A stretch of DNA of 64,000 nucleotides, from NCBI GenBank assembly GCA_903840015.1, contig CAIMEL010000004.1, positions 97,452 through 161,451 of the forward strand. The letters are read 5' to 3'. The notes under the pieces are model-generated. The model made no database searches. It had not been told where the DNA came from and saw only the letters and a list, made by a program, of their open reading frames with translations. The position numbers were made by a program, and so were the translations under genes. This document shows positions 39,983 to 48,458 of this stretch, piece after piece. The DNA comes from an uncultured bacterium (GTDB lineage: Bacteria > Patescibacteriota > Dojkabacteria > SC72). Position 1 is the first letter of the stretch, and each line of letters opens with the position of its first letter.

Positions 39983-41107
39983 CTAAAGATTTTTCATCTT
40001 TACAAGAACGATCGAGGATATATATGTAGTAACAGGAACTACAAGAATCAAACATATACTAGCAACTAATGTTCGAACTATTTCCTCAACTAAGAATTCT
40101 GTGTTTATGAGGATTCTAAAATTAGGATTATTTGCAGCAAGTAATATGACAAGAGTAAAGCTAGATCCAGCGTAGGCTATAAAAAGCGTATTAATCATTG
40201 AGGCGATGTGATCTTTCCCTATGTTCATTGCTTTTCGATACAGTACTTTTGAAGTTAAAGAGCTATCAGTTTGGTAAATTTCCATCATCGAAGAAACCTG
40301 ACCAATAGTTACATCATCTAATACACCTAAAGCTCCAATTACAATTCCCAAGAGGTATATAGAGGAGAGGGAGAATGATTTTGAGATTGTGTCATAAAGC
40401 ATTACGGCTGACTCTTCCCCAGTACCTGAAATATCTAAAGCTTTCACAACAACAAACCCAACACAGAAAATAAACATGACTCCTAATATTGACGAGATAA
40501 AGGCTATTAAGGATTTCCTGTTAAACCCATATGTAACAAAGGTAGAAGCAATAAGAAGTAGGAATACGGTTAAGATAGCTATGGGGAGGATGTTTCCATT
40601 AAGAGTACTGTTAATATTAGGAATTGCAACAAAATATATAACTATGAAGCTCAACACCAAACCTAGTACCGCTTTAATACCTCTGAAACCAGTCACAAGA
40701 AGTATCAGTACAACAAATATTAATAACAAGGATAATAACTGCCCCTCTCGAGAATAGCTCTCAATATTCCATTGATCACCCAATTCTTCAGAGGAATAGA
40801 GAGAAAGATACACAATTTTACCTTTCTTAAAGAAATCTGCTTCGCTATTAACAGCACTAATCAACGTTTCTACACTATCATTCTTTCTATCACCATCTAG
40901 AATCTCTACACTGTACTTAACACATATGAACTCTGATTCACCAGAGATATCGTCGCAATCAACTACAACGGACTCTAGAACCTTTCCTTTGTATGTCTCT
41001 AACTCCTCCAAGTGCTCCTGAGCAAATACAGAATTGCTAAATCCAAGGAAAGAAAAGAATACAAATATTCCAATAGCTATAACTTTCTTGAGATTATGAA
41101 TTGTCAT
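39983..41107 (-). CDS. YibE/F family membrane protein
   Basis: IGALGVLDDVT, IGKDHIASMINTLFIAYAG, EEIVR. Confidence 0.88.
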   Translation of the reverse strand: MTIHNLKKVIAIGIFVFFSFLGFSNSVFAQEHLEELETYKGKVLESVVVDCDDISGESEFICVKYSVEILDGDRKNDSVETLISAVNSEADFFKKGKIVYLSLYSSEELGDQWNIESYSREGQLLSLLLIFVVLILLVTGFRGIKAVLGLVLSFIVIYFVAIPNINSTLNGNILPIAILTVFLLLIASTFVTYGFNRKSLIAFISSILGVMFIFCVGFVVVKALDISGTGEESAVMLYDTISKSFSLSSIYLLGIVIGALGVLDDVTIGQVSSMMEIYQTDSSLTSKVLYRKAMNIGKDHIASMINTLFIAYAGSSFTLVILLAANNPNFRILINTEFLVEEIVRTLVASICLILVVPVTTYISSIVLVKMKNL

Positions 41108-41123
41108 AATGGTATATATTAAC

Positions 41124-41150
41124 AAAAATGGGGGAGATTTACTCCCCCAT
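41124..41150 (-). terminator. rho-independent terminator
   Basis: ATGGGGGAG-TAAAT-CTCCCCCAT-TTTT on minus strand, after the 41172-42125 gene. Confidence 0.8.
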
Positions 41151-41171
41151 AATGAAACAACTTCAATTATC

Positions 41172-42125
41172 TTAAGCTATCTCTTTCCTTCTTAAAACGA
41201 CCACAGCAGAACTTAGAAGGAATCCAAACAAAGCTACAATACCAAATCCCATCATCAGCTTGTTACCAAGAACAAAGTTCAGAGCATCCTCAAGTTCACC
41301 AGAAGCAACTGGTAAACCATTTTCATCATATACAGCATCTCCATTCACACTGCTTTCCTTTGAATATGTGACTTTGATTTTCTCTTCTGCTTTTGTAACA
41401 TTACCAGCTTCATCTTGTATCTCTAATGTGTAAACATTTGGTCCCTCTTCTAAAACAATACCTATAACTTTGAATTCACCTTTCTCATCACACTTACCTG
41501 TATAGACATCAGTACCTCTCTTTATTGTTATCGAGCATCCTGTTTCAGCCTCTCCAACAAGTGTGAATTTCTCTGAACCAACTTCTCGAGGATATCCTAA
41601 ACTCTTAACTTCAGGACCTGTTCTATCCACTGTAACAATTCTCATATCAGACTGAGAAGAAATATATCTTTTTGGAAACCCTTTTACTCCAGCAACTGAG
41701 ACTGCATATTTACCCTCTTTCTCAGCTTTGTGAGAATATTCGAAATCACCTTCACTGCTTACCTTAACACGACCAACCTCTTCATTATCAACGTATACAA
41801 AAACTTCACTATATCCATCAGCAATACCTTTGATTGTAATATTCTCTTCTTTGGTAAGTATCTCAGTCCCAGAGAGGGAAGGAGCTTGAAGGGATTCATC
41901 GAATTCTGGATTTCTACTATATCTGACAAATGAAAAAATACCGTAACCGATTAAAAGTAGACCTAATGTGATGAATACTGTACCAACGATTTTAGATACT
42001 TTCTCTTGATCCTCAGGAGATTTTACTTCTATTTTAGAAAGCATTGAATCTTCGTTCTTCACTTCTTTCTTGGCAGTAAATTTGTCAACATTTCTGTTAA
42101 CTTTATTATCTTTTTTCTTTGCCAC
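41172..42125 (-). CDS. Ig-like domain surface protein with putative sortase signal
   Basis: N-terminal TM, two Ig-like repeats (DEAGN), LPVASG + TM + RRK tail; divergent from the sortase gene. Confidence 0.75.
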   Translation of the reverse strand: MAKKKDNKVNRNVDKFTAKKEVKNEDSMLSKIEVKSPEDQEKVSKIVGTVFITLGLLLIGYGIFSFVRYSRNPEFDESLQAPSLSGTEILTKEENITIKGIADGYSEVFVYVDNEEVGRVKVSSEGDFEYSHKAEKEGKYAVSVAGVKGFPKRYISSQSDMRIVTVDRTGPEVKSLGYPREVGSEKFTLVGEAETGCSITIKRGTDVYTGKCDEKGEFKVIGIVLEEGPNVYTLEIQDEAGNVTKAEEKIKVTYSKESSVNGDAVYDENGLPVASGELEDALNFVLGNKLMMGFGIVALFGFLLSSAVVVLRRKEIA

Positions 42126-42220
42126 CTTTAACCTATATTATAATTTATATGTTCACTGTTTTAGAATAATATAATTTGTCAAATAATGCAACTACGAGAA
42201 AAAACTAGTAAAATATAAAT

Positions 42221-42913
42221 ATGCAGGCAAAAACAATATCTAAAACAATCTTAACTCTTTTCTTAATACTATTTGTATTTGGTCCAATTATTGTTTTCCT
42301 CGCATATCCAACATACAACAATTTGCTTTTACTTAAAAAGGAGATATCAACATACAATATTGCCAAAGAGAAAACAGTTTCCTTACTTGCTCAAATTGCA
42401 CCTCTGAAAGAAAAATTTAATGAGGAGATTCTTGGGGTAACAAGTATAGAAGAGTCTCTAAGTGCACATAACATTGTACTTGATCAGAAGATTCTTGAAG
42501 ATCTGGACACAAGCCTAACAATAGAAGATATAAATATACATGGTTCAATATATCAAGGCGTCTCATCTAAAACTATGGATAAGGGCTTCTGGCATTTCCC
42601 TCTCTCTCAGTATCCTGGAGAGAAAGGCAATGTAGTAATAATAGGGCATCGATTCCTTAACATTCCTCCAGCTCGGGATACTTTTTACAATTTAGACAAA
42701 ATTAAGATTGGTGATGAGATAAAAGTTAAACACATTGAAGGAGAATATACATATATCGTAGTGGAGAAAAAAATTGTTGCTCCGAACGACATGTCGACCA
42801 TAGACAAGAGTGAAGATTACAGATTAACTTTAATAACTTGCACACCACTCTGGACCTCTGAAAAACGCCTTGTTGTGGTCGCTAAACTAGACAAATTATA
42901 CAAAAAAGTGTAG
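42221..42913 (+). CDS. sortase
   Basis: PGEKGNVVIIGHR, LTLITCTP, KRLVV (His-Cys-Arg triad); N-terminal TM. Confidence 0.93.
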   Translation: MQAKTISKTILTLFLILFVFGPIIVFLAYPTYNNLLLLKKEISTYNIAKEKTVSLLAQIAPLKEKFNEEILGVTSIEESLSAHNIVLDQKILEDLDTSLTIEDINIHGSIYQGVSSKTMDKGFWHFPLSQYPGEKGNVVIIGHRFLNIPPARDTFYNLDKIKIGDEIKVKHIEGEYTYIVVEKKIVAPNDMSTIDKSEDYRLTLITCTPLWTSEKRLVVVAKLDKLYKKV

Positions 42914-42948
42914 ACTTTGACCGCTATTTAAATCATTATACGAACTAG

Positions 42949-43974
42949 ATGGAACAATTTTACGAAAGAAAAGATATCGACAATAGTACAGTCGAATTTA
43001 AGATAAAAATACCTCAAGATAGTTTCCAAGAGACATATAACAGGTTACTAAAAGAGAAGACAAAGGAAACAGATGTTAAAGGTTTTCGAAAGGGCAAAGT
43101 TCCTAAGGAATTAGTGGAATCAGAGATGAGTGAGACAATAAAGATCCAATCATTTGAAAAGCTAGTTCCACTTTACATAACCACAGCACTAGAGAAAGAG
43201 AATCTCAATCCTATTGCACCTCCAGCTTACAAAGAGTTACCTGATTTCAAGAAGAATGACGATTTAGAATTTGTCATAGATATAACGATAATGCCGGAGT
43301 TCCAATTAGGGAATTTGAAAAAGATCAAAATCGAAAAAGAGGATGTTAAGATATCTTCAAAAGATGTAACCGATGCACTCGAGAGTATTCAGAAGAATTC
43401 CCCAACAAAGGCAAAAGAGATGAATGATGCGTGGGCAAAAGAGATAGCGAAGAGTATGAAGATTGAAAAGATAGAGAAATTGGTGGATCTTAAAAAATAT
43501 GTCAAAGATACCTTGAAGAAACAGAAAGAGCATATGATGAGACACAAATTAGAAGACAAAGCATTTGAACAAGCAATAGAATTAAGCAAAATTTCAATAC
43601 CAGAACCCGCAGTAAAATATGAAGCAGAGGAAAGAGAAAGAGCTTTCCTTCATGACATGGAGCATAAGAATATAAATGCAGATGATTTTCTCAAGGCAAA
43701 CAATATAACCCTTGAAAGAATGCGAGAGCTATGGTTGAAAGATGCAAAGCAAGCACTCGAGAGTGATGTCTTCCTAAAACTTTATGCAAAAGAAAAAGAT
43801 ATCAAGATATCTGATGAGGACTTGAAGGAAAAAATAGAATTAATTAAAAAGGGAGCTCCAAAAGATACAGATCCAAATATTTTTGAGAACGAACAGTGGA
43901 TTGAATATATTAAAAGAATAGAAGAGAAAGAAACAGCATTTAACAAATTTGTTAAGGAAGTTCTAGGAGAATAA
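42949..43974 (+). CDS. tig: trigger factor (PPIase domain absent)
   Basis: GFRKGKVP ribosome-binding motif; 341 aa; upstream of clpP. Confidence 0.9.
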   Translation: MEQFYERKDIDNSTVEFKIKIPQDSFQETYNRLLKEKTKETDVKGFRKGKVPKELVESEMSETIKIQSFEKLVPLYITTALEKENLNPIAPPAYKELPDFKKNDDLEFVIDITIMPEFQLGNLKKIKIEKEDVKISSKDVTDALESIQKNSPTKAKEMNDAWAKEIAKSMKIEKIEKLVDLKKYVKDTLKKQKEHMMRHKLEDKAFEQAIELSKISIPEPAVKYEAEERERAFLHDMEHKNINADDFLKANNITLERMRELWLKDAKQALESDVFLKLYAKEKDIKISDEDLKEKIELIKKGAPKDTDPNIFENEQWIEYIKRIEEKETAFNKFVKEVLGE

Positions 43975-43990
43975 TATTTTTAATAAATAT

Positions 43991-44572
43991 ATGAACTTAA
44001 TACCTACAGTTATTGAGAAGGAAAGAGGAGGGGAGAGGGCATATGATATCTACTCCCGTTTACTGAAGGATAGGATCATATTTGTGAGTGGCCATATAGA
44101 AACAAATATGTCCAATACAGTAATCGCCCAACTTCTTTTTTTAGAGAAAGAGAATCCAGATGAAGATATACAGATGTTCATAAATTCTCAAGGCGGCCAG
44201 GTTACAGCAGGGATGGCAATACTTGATACCATGAACTATATAAAATGCGATGTTTCAACAATTGCAGTAGGACTTGCAGCATCAATGGGTACTGTATTAC
44301 TCTCCTCAGGGACGAGAGGAAAGCGATTTGCACTGCCTAACAGTAAGATACATATTCATCAACCATTGGGAGGAGTAGAGGGCCAAGCAAGTGATATAGC
44401 TATAGAGGCAGAGGAGATATTGAAGACAAGAGAAACCCTTTACAAAATTCTTTCTGAGAACAGCAAGCAAGCCATTAAACAGATAGAGAAAGATGCAGAT
44501 AGAGATAAATATTTTACTGCGAAAGAAGCAAAAGAGTATGGCTTGATAGATAAAGTAATTAGAAAAAGATAG
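43991..44572 (+). CDS. clpP: ATP-dependent Clp protease proteolytic subunit
   Basis: [27 protein letters not shown]. Confidence 0.97.
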   Translation: MNLIPTVIEKERGGERAYDIYSRLLKDRIIFVSGHIETNMSNTVIAQLLFLEKENPDEDIQMFINSQGGQVTAGMAILDTMNYIKCDVSTIAVGLAASMGTVLLSSGTRGKRFALPNSKIHIHQPLGGVEGQASDIAIEAEEILKTRETLYKILSENSKQAIKQIEKDADRDKYFTAKEAKEYGLIDKVIRKR

Positions 44573-44574
44573 CT

Positions 44575-45093
44575 ATGAATCTAGACGATCCTACACAAAC
44601 AGAACAAGATAACAAACAAGAGGCACTATCAACAATCTTATTCAATATCAACCAGATGTATGAGCACGCTACAGAGGATGATATTCTTTCAGACACAATT
44701 TACGATGTCTCACTTCCAGAGGTTTATGCCTACCTTCAACAGATAGAGCAGGACCAAGACTCTCCAATAAAACTTTTACGAATAAGATATGTTTCTGTGC
44801 AGGATTTCGATACCATTGCAACAATCTACGATTATACTCAAGTGTATCCTGAGACAGAGGCACCATACAATCAAAGAATCTACTTTATTGAAGGGGCCGA
44901 TTTTGCATTAACCCTAATGCCAATAGAGGAGAAGAAAGGACAAATACAGATACATATGACAGCATTAGACGCCTCCCCAGATTTCATTACAGAGATGTTT
45001 GCAGAATTGGACAGGAAAAAATCTTTCGAAGATTTGGGATTGATTAAAGCCTCTCAATTGAAACCAACCACTAAGAAAAAAGCTAAGTCTTAA
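44575..45093 (+). CDS. hypothetical protein
   Basis: 172-aa acidic ORF starting 2 nt after clpP; no recognised motif. Confidence 0.6.
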   Translation: MNLDDPTQTEQDNKQEALSTILFNINQMYEHATEDDILSDTIYDVSLPEVYAYLQQIEQDQDSPIKLLRIRYVSVQDFDTIATIYDYTQVYPETEAPYNQRIYFIEGADFALTLMPIEEKKGQIQIHMTALDASPDFITEMFAELDRKKSFEDLGLIKASQLKPTTKKKAKS

Positions 45094-45502
45094 CTATACT
45101 TTTTTCTAAGAAATTCTCTAATCTTTCTCTAACAATATTCATATCTTCTACCTTGCTAGAAGCAGTATACACAGTGATATCAAACAACTCCTCATTGCTT
45201 GTCTCAAGAGAATAGCCATTTTTTTCCAGAAATAACATTAGAGCAAATATTCCCATTCGCTTATTTCCATCTTCAAAAGGATGATTCTTTATACACAGAT
45301 AGTAGAGAATAGCAGCTTTTGAGATTATAGTTGGATATAGTTCTTTTCCTGCTATTTGCTGGAAGGGCTGGGTTATTGAACTTTCTAGTTTCCCTCTGTT
45401 TACAACCCTATAACCAGGTCTATTACCAACTTCTCTCTCCATCTGTTCTGCAAAAATTAATGCTATATACTCTAATTCTTCAATGGTAATACTAGGTATC
45501 AT
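45083..45502 (-). CDS. Doc-type (Fic/Doc) toxin
   Basis: HPFEDGNKR, the Doc-type motif. Confidence 0.9.
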   Translation of the reverse strand: MIPSITIEELEYIALIFAEQMEREVGNRPGYRVVNRGKLESSITQPFQQIAGKELYPTIISKAAILYYLCIKNHPFEDGNKRMGIFALMLFLEKNGYSLETSNEELFDITVYTASSKVEDMNIVRERLENFLEKSIVKT

Positions 45503-45504
45503 AA

Positions 45505-45606
45505 TTAGGCATTTTGAAGTTTAATTAATGCTTCTTTGTACCTATCCATAACCTTTGTATAAATTTGCTTAAGATACTTTTTCTCTTCTTCTGACAGTTG
45601 CTTCAT
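45505..45606 (-). CDS. putative 33-aa antitoxin, absent from ORF track
   Basis: MKQLSEEEKKYLKQIYTKVMDRYKEALIKLQNA; ends 2 nt before doc; TATAAT 9 nt upstream. Confidence 0.7.
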   Translation of the reverse strand: MKQLSEEEKKYLKQIYTKVMDRYKEALIKLQNA

Positions 45607-45639
45607 ATCTTTACAATTATACACAAATATATATCCAAG

Positions 45640-45668
45640 TTGAAAAAAAGGACGAGAAAATATAGAAT
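45640..45668 (+). promoter_or_regulatory. tRNA promoter
   Basis: TTGAAA-17-TAGAAT. Confidence 0.7.
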
Positions 45669-45678
45669 AGGGGAAGAT

Positions 45679-45755
45679 GGACGATTAGCTCAGCTGGTTA
45701 GAGCACTACATTGACATTGTAGGGGTCACTGGTTCGATTCCGGTATCGTCCACCA
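45679..45755 (+). tRNA. tRNA-Val(GAC)
   Basis: GGACGAT/ATCGTCC acceptor stem, TAGCTCAGCTGGTTAGAGC D arm, CTACA-TTGACAT-TGTAG anticodon arm, GGTTCGATT T loop, encoded CCA. Confidence 0.97.
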
Positions 45756-45846
45756 TTTCATTTCCTCTTTGAAATTCCCCATGAACGATTCTTTTTTATG
45801 GTAAAATATACTTCGACTTGTTTTAATAAATAAAGGAACAAACTAT

Positions 45847-46854
45847 ATGACAAATACCATAAAATACCTTCTTGGAATCTTCTTAATCTCACTTGTATTC
45901 TTCCAATTAAACATAATCCCTGCGAAAGCGAATGAAAACCCAATACTCTTTTGGGGAGTAGGATGTACATACTGTGAAGAATTAAAGGATCAAGTTAAAG
46001 CAGAGAAATTGGAAGAGAATATAACGATAGAATATAAAGAGATTTACAACAACAAGGAGGATCTCACACTTTTCAAAGAAAAGATAAAAGAGTGCAATGT
46101 ACCAAATGAACAAGCAGTCATCCCCATGGTCTACATAGATGGGATATGTACATTTGGTGTAGATGATTCTATGAAGATATTAAAGGCTAAGATTGCAGGG
46201 GAGAACCTTGATAATCTCTTCGAGAACACACCAACAGGACTATCAAAAGGCCAGAAGAATACTATCATAATGTTGGCGGGCGTCTTCGTAATGCTTGCCG
46301 GTTTATTCTCTTTCGGTCTTTTAATCCAGGGTAGAAAAAACAAGAAAATCCAAATTGCAACAATATTGGCATTGATATTGGTAACATTCTTCTCTTCGAC
46401 AACTTCTGCACAGGCAATCTGCCCAATCTGTACTGTTGCTGTGGGTGCTGGCCTGGGACTTTCAAGATATTTAGCTATTGATGACTTAATAACAAGCATA
46501 TGGATAGGGGGATTAATTGTATCTACAATATTCTGGATGATAGATTGGCTTGCAAAAAAGAACAGGAAAAGTGTCTTAACAAAGATTATTACAGTCGTTC
46601 TTACATATCTTCTTGTTTTGGTCCCACTGTATTGGAGTGGTATAATAGGACACTTATTTAACACTATGTGGGGAATAGATAAAATCTTACTTGGAATAAT
46701 ATTGGGAAGTTTAGGATTCTTCTTAGGAGCACAGTTACATTTTTACTTGAAGAGAAAGAATTCTGACAAAACATATATACCTTTTCAAAAAGTAATTTTC
46801 CCTGTAGGTACACTATGGCTCTTAACATTAATCTTCTATTTCATTGTTTACTAA
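45847..46854 (+). CDS. exported glutaredoxin-like domain fused to a CxxC membrane protein
   Basis: Signal peptide, FWGVGCTYC and VIPMV (Trx fold), TM, AQAICPIC, then about 5 TM segments. Confidence 0.8.
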   Translation: MTNTIKYLLGIFLISLVFFQLNIIPAKANENPILFWGVGCTYCEELKDQVKAEKLEENITIEYKEIYNNKEDLTLFKEKIKECNVPNEQAVIPMVYIDGICTFGVDDSMKILKAKIAGENLDNLFENTPTGLSKGQKNTIIMLAGVFVMLAGLFSFGLLIQGRKNKKIQIATILALILVTFFSSTTSAQAICPICTVAVGAGLGLSRYLAIDDLITSIWIGGLIVSTIFWMIDWLAKKNRKSVLTKIITVVLTYLLVLVPLYWSGIIGHLFNTMWGIDKILLGIILGSLGFFLGAQLHFYLKRKNSDKTYIPFQKVIFPVGTLWLLTLIFYFIVY

Positions 46855-46875
46855 TTAAATTTTGTTAAATTAAAA

Positions 46876-47325
46876 ATGGCTAAAACAAAATCAGATATAG
46901 ACATGGAGAAAGTAGAACAGTTAGTTGACAAATATGATTCTTTGAAAAAAGAGCACAAATTAGATCTTTCTGCAGATGAAGATCTCTCTATCGCAATAAT
47001 GAATCTCATAAGTATAGAGGAACACCTATTCTTCAGTGGTGCAAAGACAAAAGATAGTAAGTATTACATAGTTCTTAAGGAGATTCGAGAGATGAGAAAA
47101 GATCTTTTAAAAAGAATAATCAAAGATTACGAGGGAGAGGTTTGGTGTATAAGTAAGCACTTACTTGGAGCAAGTTATCGATTAATGGAGTATGGAACAA
47201 AATATTTGGGTAGGGGAGAGAATGAAGTAGCTCAGGAAATGTTTGAGAAAGCATATAACTTGTATTCACTTTTCTGGGGATTAGTAATGGGACTCATTAA
47301 ACCTAAAGATATCAAGGAGGAATAA
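46876..47325 (+). CDS. conserved-looking hypothetical helical protein
   Basis: 149 aa; NLISIEEH and WCISKH motifs; operonic spacing. Confidence 0.8.
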   Translation: MAKTKSDIDMEKVEQLVDKYDSLKKEHKLDLSADEDLSIAIMNLISIEEHLFFSGAKTKDSKYYIVLKEIREMRKDLLKRIIKDYEGEVWCISKHLLGASYRLMEYGTKYLGRGENEVAQEMFEKAYNLYSLFWGLVMGLIKPKDIKEE

Positions 47326-47327
47326 TT

Positions 47328-47435
47328 ATGGAAAAGAAGAAAGAAGAAGTAAAAAAAGAAACAAAAGAGAAGAAAGATTTCTGGGGAGACTTAGGTGATT
47401 TTGTAAAAAAGGCAGTTGATTGCTGTCTTGAGTAA
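47328..47435 (+). CDS. 35-aa peptide ending in DCCLE, absent from ORF track
   Basis: MEKKKEEVKKETKEKKDFWGDLGDFVKKAVDCCLE; AAGGAGG SD 7 nt upstream; fills the gap to the next gene. Confidence 0.75.
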   Translation: MEKKKEEVKKETKEKKDFWGDLGDFVKKAVDCCLE

Positions 47436-47437
47436 AA

Positions 47438-48046
47438 CTAACTTCTAATTACATAGTTTGTAATTTCAACATCAACGCCACTATCTCTTAATAGTCGCTT
47501 AGCTATATACTCAAGGAAGTGATTCCTATTTGGAGAGATGAAGCTATGATCCTCTACAGCAAGTAGTCTCAACCGATTTGATTCTCCAACACTAAGATGT
47601 ATTTTAGAGAGTAAAGTATCACATCTCTTCCTTGAAAGTCCTGGTATTTGCCTGTTTAATGTTGTTACGAGTGAATCCTTCAGACCTGCTTTTTGCAGAA
47701 GGGAGGTAGAAGCAGCAAGTACTTCATCACTATTCCAGAGAAACTTTTCCCATTCATTCCTATTAGTAATCAGTGTTACATTACCCTCACCTAATAGAGA
47801 GACCAATTCAAGAAATGATGCTTCAACATCTTCCTCTATAGTCGGTTTTGTCAAATGAGAAAGGATAGGCAGTTTAACAAGAGGATTAACAATGAGAGTA
47901 CCATCTATATCAACAAGACAAAAAACTGGGGAATCACCAAAATCCTCTCTTTTAATATGCTCCACAGATTCTGTAAAGGATGATACAGGAATCTCGGAAT
48001 ATGACAATCGCTCGCCGGGTTCACTATACTCTTCCTCAATAACCAT
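47438..48046 (-). CDS. HAD-superfamily-like protein
   Basis: LVDIDGTL (motif I), LITNR (II), AVED (IV). Confidence 0.65.
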   Translation of the reverse strand: MVIEEEYSEPGERLSYSEIPVSSFTESVEHIKREDFGDSPVFCLVDIDGTLIVNPLVKLPILSHLTKPTIEEDVEASFLELVSLLGEGNVTLITNRNEWEKFLWNSDEVLAASTSLLQKAGLKDSLVTTLNRQIPGLSRKRCDTLLSKIHLSVGESNRLRLLAVEDHSFISPNRNHFLEYIAKRLLRDSGVDVEITNYVIRS

Positions 48047-48182
48047 TGTTTTACTTAAATACTAATTAAAGAATTGGTATGATATCATAAAGATAGAGAT
48101 GTCTAAAGTAATTAAAATACGTCTCCTCTTCTCCAAGCACTTCCAAGGGCCTTCTGTTATTTAACTTAATCATATTTACAAT

Positions 48183-48458
48183 ATGGGACAATTTGATCAG
48201 TTTTGTCAGAGCTGTGGTATTCCTATGAATATGGATGAAAAGGGTGGGGGAACGAATAAAGATGGGAGTAAAAATACAGAGTATTGTAGCAATTGTTACA
48301 AATCAGGGAAATTTACAGACAATTTCACCACTGCAAAAGAAATGATTACGCATATTAAGGAGGAACTTAGAAAACAGGGATACGGGCCTGTAAAAAGATT
48401 TTGGTATACATCACACATTTCACAATTAGGTAGATGGAGAAACAAAGAGACTAAGTAG
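48183..48458 (+). CDS. zinc-ribbon domain protein (Zn_ribbon_2-like)
   Basis: FCQSCGIPM...GTNKDGSKNTEYCSNCY..GKF...LGRW. Confidence 0.88.
   Translation: MGQFDQFCQSCGIPMNMDEKGGGTNKDGSKNTEYCSNCYKSGKFTDNFTTAKEMITHIKEELRKQGYGPVKRFWYTSHISQLGRWRNKETK

Noticed and set aside
42949-43974. Trigger factor lacking PPIase domain (also short TruB, ThrS without TGS) as pseudogenes
   Set aside because: Frames are intact; domain trimming is common in reduced genomes
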